39,893 nucleotides of DNA, from the UHGV virus genome UHGV-1364246; one strand, written 5' to 3'. The notes under the pieces are model-generated. The model made no database searches. It was given only the letters and a program-made list of their open reading frames with translations, and was not told where the DNA came from. The stretch is from a virus. Positions 9,273 through 17,398 of this stretch are shown here, one piece after another. A program made the translations under genes and the position numbers. Numbering within the stretch: the first letter of the stretch is position 1; each line of letters starts with the position of its first letter.

Positions 9273-9664
9273 GTTTCTCCTCCAATTGCTCTAGCCAGTG
9301 TGCGGTGACCCACTCCATACTTCTTACCTAAGGAGCGGTGAGTCCAGCCACCTCCTGCGTAAAGCACCTTGGCCTCTTGTACTATTTCAGGTGTAAGCTT
9401 ATAGCTTCCATGTCGCACGCCTTTAGCGGTTCGACCTCTAACGTCTCTATCGTGATTGTTCTCAGCCCTTGTCCCCAGCTCCAAGTGTTCTGGATTGTAG
9501 CACGCTGGGTTGTCGCATTTGTGCCTCACGACCATTCCCTCTGGTATCGGACCATTCGCCTCCTCGAAGGCTATCAGATGCAGTCTACGGACCTTCCCGT
9601 TGACCTTTCGCATACCGTAGCCGAAACTATCTCGACACCCGGTCCACTCAATGCAATCAAACAT
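9263..9664 (-). CDS. HNH endonuclease
   Basis: ATG at 9662-9664 with GGAGGA upstream; GPIPEGMVVRHKCDNPACYNPEHLELGTRAENN HNH motif. The ORF-track start at 9700 is an extension. Confidence 0.7.
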   Translation of the reverse strand: MFDCIEWTGCRDSFGYGMRKVNGKVRRLHLIAFEEANGPIPEGMVVRHKCDNPACYNPEHLELGTRAENNHDRDVRGRTAKGVRHGSYKLTPEIVQEAKVLYAGGGWTHRSLGKKYGVGHRTLARAIGGETWT

Positions 9665-9680
9665 GGTTAATCCTCCGTTT

Positions 9681-9727
9681 AGTCTAATCATAAAGGCCAC
9701 TCGCTGTGAATGACCTTGAGTCTAGAC
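9681..9727 (-). ncRNA. RNase III processing element (R4.7-like)
   Basis: Conserved ~45-nt element ATCATAAAGGCCAC-N10-ATGACCTTGAGTCTA (plus sense), shared with 17041-17089 and 26086-26139; resembles recalled T7 R-site motif GACTCAAGGTC...GTGGCCTTTATG. Confidence 0.6.
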
Positions 9728-9910
9728 CTAGAAGTCTGTACGCAAGAAGTGGTACATGAACTTACGGTTAGCCTTCTTCCATGCCTTAGAGTCGAACCTC
9801 TGTTCTCCTAGAATGTTTGACAGGAAGGTTGCTTCATCGCTCCACCATTTGTACATGAACCGATGGTATCGAGCTTTAAGTTTCTTTAACACTAGAATGG
9901 AACCCTCCAT
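9728..9910 (-). CDS. Small hypothetical protein (gp4.3/4.5 position)
   Basis: 60 aa ORF with ATG start directly after the primase-helicase gene; weak SD. Confidence 0.35.
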   Translation of the reverse strand: MEGSILVLKKLKARYHRFMYKWWSDEATFLSNILGEQRFDSKAWKKANRKFMYHFLRTDF

Positions 9911-9925
9911 TTATACTTCTCGTAA

Positions 9926-11629
<1,704 letters not shown>

Positions 11630-11676
11630 TCACTCCTTAATCACAAATGCGAACAAAGGGACAGGACTCACGGTCC

Positions 11677-11699
11677 AATCCCTAAGGTGATAGTTTAGG
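11677..11699 (-). promoter_or_regulatory. Variant phage RNAP promoter (phi4-like), CCTTAGGG instead of CTATAGGG
   Basis: Minus-sense CTAAACTATCACCTTAGGGATT; overlaps the stop codon of the 71-aa gene. Confidence 0.55.
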
Positions 11700-11910
11700 C
11701 TTTAAAGAACTGAGACAACTGGTCAGCCTTGGTATCAGCCTGACGCGCCCTCATGCCAGCTTCCAGTGACGCGATGGTCAGCTTGTCAGCCAGAGCAGCA
11801 GCATCAGCCGCACCGTCAGCAGTCTTCTCTGCTACCTTTCGTTCCATAACCGCAGCACGACGATAACCCCGCACCACCAGACGACCAAGAAATTCGATAA
11901 GTTTAATCAT
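11695..11910 (-). CDS. Hypothetical 71-aa protein between lysozyme and primase-helicase
   Basis: ATG at 11908-11910 with AAGGAGA upstream; Ala/Lys/Arg-rich, probably helical. Confidence 0.5.
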   Translation of the reverse strand: MIKLIEFLGRLVVRGYRRAAVMERKVAEKTADGAADAAALADKLTIASLEAGMRARQADTKADQLSQFFKA

Positions 11911-11934
11911 TGAGTTGTTCTCCTTTAGAGTTTA

Positions 11935-12393
11935 TTAACCGTGGTCGGAAGTTACCAGTTCGTTGGTAGACAGCCAGCGTTGTAAGTCGAAACTTGGACA
12001 CGCCTTTGGTGCTACGTCATGGTGTGCTTTGATTTCTGCCTGAGGATACAGGACCTTCAGGTCGGCCAGCTTGTTGCGCAGGGAGTTCATCTGGGCCGGA
12101 GTGAAGTTAGCTTCAAACTTGCCCTTAGCGTCAATTCCACCTACAAGGCAGACGCCTACAGACCGTGAGTTCCAGTCCTTAACGTGCGACCCTACGACAT
12201 TGACCGGGCGGCCCTCTTCCACAGCACCATCTCGCTTGATGATAAAGTGGTAGCCTACGTCCAGCCAGCCTTGCTGTTTATGCCACATACGGATGGTCTC
12301 TACCCCGATGTCCATCTCTGGCTTGGTAGCCGAACAGTGAACGAAGATAGCGTCAGTCCGGGACCGTGGGTTGAACTGTACCTTACTTACCAT
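11935..12393 (-). CDS. Lysozyme / N-acetylmuramoyl-L-alanine amidase (gp3.5-like, RNAP inhibitor in T7)
   Basis: 152 aa; DAIFVHCSATKP...WLDVGYHFIIKRDG...GVCLVGGIDAKGKF...HHDVAPKACPSFDL...NELVTSD nearly collinear with recalled T7 lysozyme. Confidence 0.92.
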   Translation of the reverse strand: MVSKVQFNPRSRTDAIFVHCSATKPEMDIGVETIRMWHKQQGWLDVGYHFIIKRDGAVEEGRPVNVVGSHVKDWNSRSVGVCLVGGIDAKGKFEANFTPAQMNSLRNKLADLKVLYPQAEIKAHHDVAPKACPSFDLQRWLSTNELVTSDHG

Positions 12394-12874
12394 TGTACAC
12401 CACCAATTCTACGACCACCAGATTCAGGTGCTGGGTGAAGCGCTGTGCATCCGTGGTGTGCATCTGGAGGCGCTTATGGTTGAAGACGTGTGAGTTGCTA
12501 ATCTTCACGTAAACTTCGTCAGGCTTGCCGTGGACGATGAACGTCTGGCCTACACCAATCTTGTCGATTGTCAGGACCTCACGCTTCACAGTCACAGGCG
12601 GTACGCTCGAAGCTGGCAGGACTTGAGTGGTCTGTACACCAGTGAGTTTCTCTTCCGGCTTGATTTCCTCAAGTTCATGAGCATAGACCCATGCTCCCCA
12701 CATACCATCAGGCTGAGTATCATACCCGGCCGAACCATGCTTAAACGTACCGGGAGTTGTGGACTCTACGAGTACATAGTCCATGGATGGCCACTGGTCT
12801 TGCTCACACTTAGTAACGATAGTCCCACGAGGCCAGCCACACGTAGCTACTGACAGTTTAAACTTCTTGCTCAT
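12383..12874 (-). CDS. Hypothetical 163-aa protein inserted between endonuclease I and lysozyme (no T7 counterpart)
   Basis: ATG overlaps the gp3 stop (ATGA); its 3' end overlaps the gp3.5 start by 11 nt; SD AAAGGAG upstream. Confidence 0.6.
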   Translation of the reverse strand: MSKKFKLSVATCGWPRGTIVTKCEQDQWPSMDYVLVESTTPGTFKHGSAGYDTQPDGMWGAWVYAHELEEIKPEEKLTGVQTTQVLPASSVPPVTVKREVLTIDKIGVGQTFIVHGKPDEVYVKISNSHVFNHKRLQMHTTDAQRFTQHLNLVVVELVVYNGK

Positions 12875-13326
12875 TTCTTAACTCCTTTCTTCTTGGGGAT
12901 GAGTATACCTGAAGGCAGACGTACAGTCGACTCTCGAAGCCACTCAACCGGAATGAATTTATCGGCATACTTATAGCCGTTCTTTTCGCACCATGCGCCA
13001 TACGTGGTTGGAGACCCTTTGTATAACTTGGAGCGTGAACTTGAGAACACGAACCGGATGTCTAACTCTGGGTGCTGTTCTCGTACCAGAAGGTGCTTCT
13101 TACGGTCATCACTATCGAAGATACCTTTGGTCTCCACGATGATGCCGTTGGGAAGGATAAAGTCTGGTGTGTACTTGTGGTCGGAAGCCGGAATCACATA
13201 GTTGATATAATGGCTTTCGTACTCCGCTTTGACGCCGTTCTGTTCCAGCCACTGCTGGTTCTTGGCTTCAAGTCCAGAGCGGTAGGCACCCACAGAGTGC
13301 CCCCGTTTTGCAGACCATTGGGCCAT
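12871..13326 (-). CDS. Endonuclease I (gp3-like Holliday junction resolvase)
   Basis: 151 aa; syntenic between SSB and lysozyme; PDF...ETKG core typical of T7 endonuclease I. Confidence 0.85.
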   Translation of the reverse strand: MAQWSAKRGHSVGAYRSGLEAKNQQWLEQNGVKAEYESHYINYVIPASDHKYTPDFILPNGIIVETKGIFDSDDRKKHLLVREQHPELDIRFVFSSSRSKLYKGSPTTYGAWCEKNGYKYADKFIPVEWLRESTVRLPSGILIPKKKGVKK

Positions 13327-14024
13327 TAGAAGTCGTAATCGCCACCAGAGCCGGAGTCGTCACCACCTTCGGAACCATCGTCACCGAAGTCATCAGACCC
13401 GAAGTCACCATCGGTTGACGCTTTGTAGCCAGTACCAAGGTCTTCATCATCACCCCAGCCACCATCGCCACCAGCACCATCGCCCTTCCACTCCTTCAGT
13501 TCTACCAGAAGGCAGGACTCAAGCTGGAGCTTAACGCTTGCACCAGTCGCAGCGTTCCACTTGAACGGCAGGACTTTGAACTTGACCTTCAGCTTAGACC
13601 CAGCGCCAATATTCGGGACGTCACGGATGAGTTTAGCATCAGTGTCGTAGAACCGTAATACGATAGGCTCGGACTTGCCGTCTTTCAGGTAAGACGCAAA
13701 GCATTTAAACTTCAGGGTAACAGTACCGTCACCGTTCTCAATCCACGGCATATCGCCTTCACGCGGCTCGATAGGCTTCTTGCCACGCTGAACCTGAGGT
13801 GGGTTCTTCTCGTGGTCTGCGAGTGCTTTCGCATACGCATCGTCGTGAATCTTCTGTAAGACATCGATCATCTTACGGACCTTCGGGTCATCAAGACTGA
13901 AAGTCAGGTTAACCTTATGCTCACCACGCTCGTTAAACTTGGTGTCTGCTTTGTTCAGCCATGCGTAAGGCTCAACGATACCAGCTACCGGAGTGGTGAA
14001 AGTCTTCAGTTGCTCTTTAGCCAT
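13326..14024 (-). CDS. Single-stranded DNA-binding protein (gp2.5-like)
   Basis: 232 aa (same as T7 gp2.5); acidic C-terminal tail ending DYDF. Confidence 0.88.
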   Translation of the reverse strand: MAKEQLKTFTTPVAGIVEPYAWLNKADTKFNERGEHKVNLTFSLDDPKVRKMIDVLQKIHDDAYAKALADHEKNPPQVQRGKKPIEPREGDMPWIENGDGTVTLKFKCFASYLKDGKSEPIVLRFYDTDAKLIRDVPNIGAGSKLKVKFKVLPFKWNAATGASVKLQLESCLLVELKEWKGDGAGGDGGWGDDEDLGTGYKASTDGDFGSDDFGDDGSEGGDDSGSGGDYDF

Positions 14025-14063
14025 CGGTGTAAATCTCCTAATTTAAAGTTACGAACTGGACGT

Positions 14064-14086
14064 CTGTCCTACAGTGATAGTTTAGG
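14064..14086 (-). promoter_or_regulatory. Phage RNAP promoter (phi2.5-like), CTGTAGG variant
   Basis: Minus-sense CTAAACTATCACTGTAGGACAG; overlaps the gp2 stop codon. Confidence 0.65.
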
Positions 14087-14240
14087 TCTCAGGACGAATC
14101 CGTCCAACCACAAACCCAGCGTCCTCATACTCTTGGGACTTCAGGGTAGCCTCTTCAAGAGACTTTGCGTACACCGGAACATCGAAGGACTGAACGCGAC
14201 CCTCAAGCTCCACGATGTATTTCTTCTCAACCTCAGTCAT
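14082..14240 (-). CDS. Host RNA polymerase inhibitor (gp2-like), 52 aa
   Basis: Translated by hand (under the ORF-track size cutoff): [52 protein letters not shown]; resembles recalled T7 gp2 (SFEVPIYAETLDEA...AGFEVTRVRP). Confidence 0.7.
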   Translation of the reverse strand: MTEVEKKYIVELEGRVQSFDVPVYAKSLEEATLKSQEYEDAGFVVGRIRPET

Positions 14241-14318
14241 AGACCGCGCTCCTTCCATTGGTTATATAACGTAATGTAGTCCGGGTTGAGAGTCTTCTCA
14301 TACATCTCCCGGCACCAC

Positions 14319-14762
14319 TCACTCGGCAGCATAGCACTTACCTTTATGCAAGTCGAACAGCTCCTGATAGAAGGCTGCTTTGTTCAGGTCCTTCTCCATA
14401 GTAGCCAGCTCTGACTTCTTGCCAGCCCGGAGTCGATATTTAAGAACGTTACCCATGCAGAACCCACGGAACTCGCTGACAGTCATGGACCGAGCGATAA
14501 TCTCAATGGACTCAATGCCATCAAAGACCTGATAGTGCGACGGTTTACGGACGCTGTCTTCCTGACCTATTGTTGTCTGCTCGGTCTGCTCCTGATTGGT
14601 AATTTTTAAGGCACTAGAGGAGTGAATGACTGGTTCAGATAAACCGGGCCACTTAACAACAACTATGTGCCCCTTTCTAACCATAATCACCTTGCCACAG
14701 GAGAGTCCCATGTAGGCTATAATTAGTCCAACATATTTAACTGTATCCCCCACCTTAATCAT
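14319..14762 (-). CDS. gp1.7-position protein (possible nucleotide kinase homolog), function uncertain
   Basis: 147 aa; syntenic only; no motif confidently recognised. Confidence 0.35.
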   Translation of the reverse strand: MIKVGDTVKYVGLIIAYMGLSCGKVIMVRKGHIVVVKWPGLSEPVIHSSSALKITNQEQTEQTTIGQEDSVRKPSHYQVFDGIESIEIIARSMTVSEFRGFCMGNVLKYRLRAGKKSELATMEKDLNKAAFYQELFDLHKGKCYAAE

Positions 14763-15015
14763 TGACCACCTCCTTTACGAACTCAACGAACAGACGAACT
14801 CTGGGCCACTTAGTGTAGACCACGGGCACATTGGTCTCACACTTCTGGCGGGCCTCTTCAGCTTTGCCAGGAGTAATCAGCGCGAAGACTGTAGGTGATA
14901 ACTTAACTGCCTTCCCGAAGTAGCCCAGCTTCTCGTTGCGCTTAATGCAAGCGAACGGGTTGTTGGACAGGTGTAAGGTATTGGAATAACGGTTGAACAT
15001 TAAGTTCTTAGACAT
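14755..15015 (-). CDS. gp1.6-position hypothetical protein
   Basis: 86 aa ORF downstream of a phage promoter; size matches T7 gp1.6. Confidence 0.4.
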   Translation of the reverse strand: MSKNLMFNRYSNTLHLSNNPFACIKRNEKLGYFGKAVKLSPTVFALITPGKAEEARQKCETNVPVVYTKWPRVRLFVEFVKEVVND

Positions 15016-15039
15016 AGAGTCTCCTTAGGTTGTTGATGG

Positions 15040-15062
15040 TTGTCCTATAGTGATAGCTTAGG
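15040..15062 (-). promoter_or_regulatory. Phage RNAP promoter (phi1.5/1.6-like), AAGC variant
   Basis: Minus-sense CTAAGCTATCACTATAGGACAA. Confidence 0.7.
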
Positions 15063-15082
15063 GTCTAGCTGGTGGCACAGAA

Positions 15083-15115
15083 GCAAAGAAACCCAGCAGT
15101 CCTAAGACCACTGGG
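15083..15115 (-). terminator. Putative early terminator (TE-like) for host RNAP
   Basis: Minus-sense CCCAGUGG-UCUUAGGA-CUGCUGGG hairpin followed by UUUCUUUGC; sits where T7 TE lies relative to the ligase. Confidence 0.5.
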
Positions 15116-15121
15116 TTGACG

Positions 15122-15583
15122 TTATAATGAATCTCTTAAGGCTACTGCCTCTGCTATGGTATCTAACGTACCGTATGACTTACGCTTTATCCGCAGTTGC
15201 CAGCGACCAGTCCTTGGCTCAAAGTTAACGTACTTCTCACCAGACTTGCAGTGGCTACGGACGGCGACGTTTGTCAGGTTCACTGCCTGAGTTACACACC
15301 TTAGGTTCTCAATTCGGTTATCAGAAGGGTCTCTGTTTATATGGTCAATAACCATTCCTTCCGGTATCTTACTGTGAGTTAGTTCCCAGACTACCCGGTG
15401 TGCAAGGATCTGACCTTTGGTTGTGTTTATAATCCAGTAGCCATCCTTGCGTCGATAGCCTAAGTGTTTACCCTTCAGGTTGGCGACTCCCGAAGGAGCC
15501 GTCCGGTCAACCTTAAATCTTGACTGTAGGATTGTCCTCAGTTCCTCGCCACTGGTCGAATGACGGATGTCGCAAACTTCCAT
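15122..15583 (-). CDS. HNH endonuclease with AP2-like DNA-binding region (free-standing homing-endonuclease-like)
   Basis: 153 aa; HRVVWELTHSKIPEGMVIDHINRDPSDNRIENLR; ATG at 15581-15583 with GGAGGAG upstream; 5' end overlaps the last 71 nt of the ligase gene. Confidence 0.75.
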   Translation of the reverse strand: MEVCDIRHSTSGEELRTILQSRFKVDRTAPSGVANLKGKHLGYRRKDGYWIINTTKGQILAHRVVWELTHSKIPEGMVIDHINRDPSDNRIENLRCVTQAVNLTNVAVRSHCKSGEKYVNFEPRTGRWQLRIKRKSYGTLDTIAEAVALRDSL

Positions 15584-16574
15584 CTGGTGTCTCCTCCATG
15601 TAGGTAATCTGACAGGCCCACCCTTTGTAGTAATCTGGGTCTGACTTTACGTTCTCTGTGAACTCGGACATAAGGGCGCGACTAATGTTAGTTGCGGAGA
15701 CCTCCATCCCGTTCTCAAGCATAACGTCGAAACCAATTACTAGACCTTCGTTGGCGAGACCTTCGGTTCCCCATACTGGTCTAACAACGTGACCATCCGC
15801 CTCTTCGCTTGGCTTCATTTTCCACATGCCTGACTTCTTGCCACGCTTGTATTTACCCAGTGGGTCCTTGACTACCAGACCCTCGTGTCCTTCCAGACGC
15901 TTCTGTTCGTACAGGGAGTTGAGCGACTCAAGGTCATAGACCGTGTGTGACTCAGACAGAACCCAGTCGATTTCCGGGAAGTATTTCTGGAGGAGAGGGA
16001 CGATAGCTTCGGCCTTCAGGCGTGTGACGCTATGGATAGGACCTTCAGCTTTCGGGTCGTTGATGACGTTAAGGTCAACGATACCGTAGACAACCACGCG
16101 GATGTGGTCGGTTGCCAGATGGAAAGGGACCTTATGCTTCTTCTTGGTGTCTATGTCAGCATCGGGGTTGCCATTCCAAGCGTAGTTCTTAGTGTCTGAC
16201 CACACGGTACGGACTAGACCTGAGGAAGTGTTGAAGTCGGTTGCAGGAACCATGACCTCACCATCTATCATCAGGCCAGTGCCTTCGTAGCCAGCTTGCT
16301 TCAGGAACCATAGCCAGTCAGACGCATTGAATGGGTGAGGGTCTGCTACCTTATAGTCTCCTGCTGAGGTTGACAACCAGCTCAACGCTGGAAGCTCTTT
16401 AGACTCACGGCTTAACCATTTGGTCTCACCAGTTGGGAAGACCGGTAGGTTCAACCGGACACCATCGTACTTCACTTCAGCTTCCAGAGACCCAGCAGCT
16501 TCCAAAGCCTTCTTAACGCCAGACTCAGAGTAATCTACAGCTCGGTGCGGGTTGGTTTTGATAGTCGTAGTCAT
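15513..16574 (-). CDS. ATP-dependent DNA ligase (gp1.3-like)
   Basis: 353 aa; adenylation motif EVKYDGVR; syntenic. Confidence 0.9.
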   Translation of the reverse strand: MTTTIKTNPHRAVDYSESGVKKALEAAGSLEAEVKYDGVRLNLPVFPTGETKWLSRESKELPALSWLSTSAGDYKVADPHPFNASDWLWFLKQAGYEGTGLMIDGEVMVPATDFNTSSGLVRTVWSDTKNYAWNGNPDADIDTKKKHKVPFHLATDHIRVVVYGIVDLNVINDPKAEGPIHSVTRLKAEAIVPLLQKYFPEIDWVLSESHTVYDLESLNSLYEQKRLEGHEGLVVKDPLGKYKRGKKSGMWKMKPSEEADGHVVRPVWGTEGLANEGLVIGFDVMLENGMEVSATNISRALMSEFTENVKSDPDYYKGWACQITYMEETPDGSLRHPSFDQWRGTEDNPTVKI

Positions 16575-16825
16575 TATTTCCAGCTCCTATAAGCATTCAG
16601 TTGCTGTAAGCACCATTGCTCACAGTTAAAGATTTCGTGTTCGGTAAACTCGCGGGAGACCAGAGGCTTCCCACCGTCTGCTTCAATGATGCGGACCAGC
16701 GTTGTGCGGGAGCATGGTAGGTCATCCATTCGGACCTCAAGTCCTGCCAAGCTCATCTCGCGGTGTGTCCGGCCCAACGATGACCACTGGCTCGTGGACG
16801 CATCAAATAACCAACGTCTGCTCAT
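16574..16825 (-). CDS. gp1.2-like protein (dGTPase inhibitor in T7)
   Basis: 83 aa; ends ...AYRSWK like T7 gp1.2 (...DWK); syntenic. Confidence 0.65.
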   Translation of the reverse strand: MSRRWLFDASTSQWSSLGRTHREMSLAGLEVRMDDLPCSRTTLVRIIEADGGKPLVSREFTEHEIFNCEQWCLQQLNAYRSWK

Positions 16826-16828
16826 GCC

Positions 16829-17008
16829 TTATGCTCCTACGAAGTATTTCTCTTGGTTTACCATAGAGTCTTTGCCTTCAGCGTTACGGAAAGCACCCTT
16901 GACACCACCGCCACGCTTGGTCTTGTTCAGCTTGCGGCCCTTCGGAATGTAACCTTCAGTCTTCTGACGTTCACGGATGCGCTCGAAGTTGATAGTGTTC
17001 TGATACAT
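16829..17008 (-). CDS. gp1.1-like small basic protein, 59 aa
   Basis: Translated by hand: MYQNTINFERIRERQKTEGYIPKGRKLNKTKRGGGVKGAF...; GRKLNKTKR motif as in T7 gp1.1. Confidence 0.65.
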   Translation of the reverse strand: MYQNTINFERIRERQKTEGYIPKGRKLNKTKRGGGVKGAFRNAEGKDSMVNQEKYFVGA

Positions 17009-17040
17009 GTGGTTAAATCTCCAGTAGTTTACGTTATGTT

Positions 17041-17089
17041 AGGGTTAATCATGAAGGCCACGACTCTGAGTCATGACCTTGAGTCTAAT
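17041..17089 (-). ncRNA. RNase III processing element (R1.1-like) between the promoter and gene 1.1
   Basis: Second copy of the ATCATGAAGGCCAC...ATGACCTTGAGTCTA element. Confidence 0.6.
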
Positions 17090-17108
17090 CCTATAGTGAT
17101 AGTTTAGG
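17086..17108 (-). promoter_or_regulatory. Phage RNAP promoter (phi1.1-like)
   Basis: Minus-sense CTAAACTATCACTATAGGATTAGA. Confidence 0.75.
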
Positions 17109-17183
17109 GTTAACCTCTTCTGCGTTGGATTAAAGTGAATACTGCGAGTGCTCCCAGCCACAGGGCCAGTAACTGTAGGTCTG

Positions 17184-17384
17184 TCATTTGGTTGCCGCCT
17201 CTTTAAGGGCTTGCTCGTGCATCAGCTCCACCTGCTTAACCAGCCACTTGAATTTGACGTTAAGCTGCTTTGACATCTCGGTAGGAATGACCGTGGTCTT
17301 CACCAGACCCTTGCTGTTGTGTTCTGTTACGGTCACAATTTGAGTCCCACCCTTAACGCCAGTCTGCTTGTGTGCAAATTTCAT
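17184..17384 (-). CDS. Hypothetical 66-aa Lys-rich protein immediately downstream of the RNAP gene
   Basis: ATG at 17382-17384 with AGGAGAGAGAG upstream; no T7 gene at this position. Confidence 0.5.
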   Translation of the reverse strand: MKFAHKQTGVKGGTQIVTVTEHNSKGLVKTTVIPTEMSKQLNVKFKWLVKQVELMHEQALKEAATK

Positions 17385-17398
17385 AACTCTCTCTCCTG

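Noticed and set aside
9665-9700. N-terminal extension of the HNH ORF (start at 9700)
   Set aside because: Would run through the RNase III-like element; the internal ATG at 9662-9664 has a GGAGGA SD.
14241-14306. 22-aa micro-ORF between the 1.7-like gene and gp2 (possible 1.8 analogue), plus similar micro-ORFs at 21412..21519 and 5440..5517
   Set aside because: Too short to support from sequence alone; mentioned as possible small genes only.
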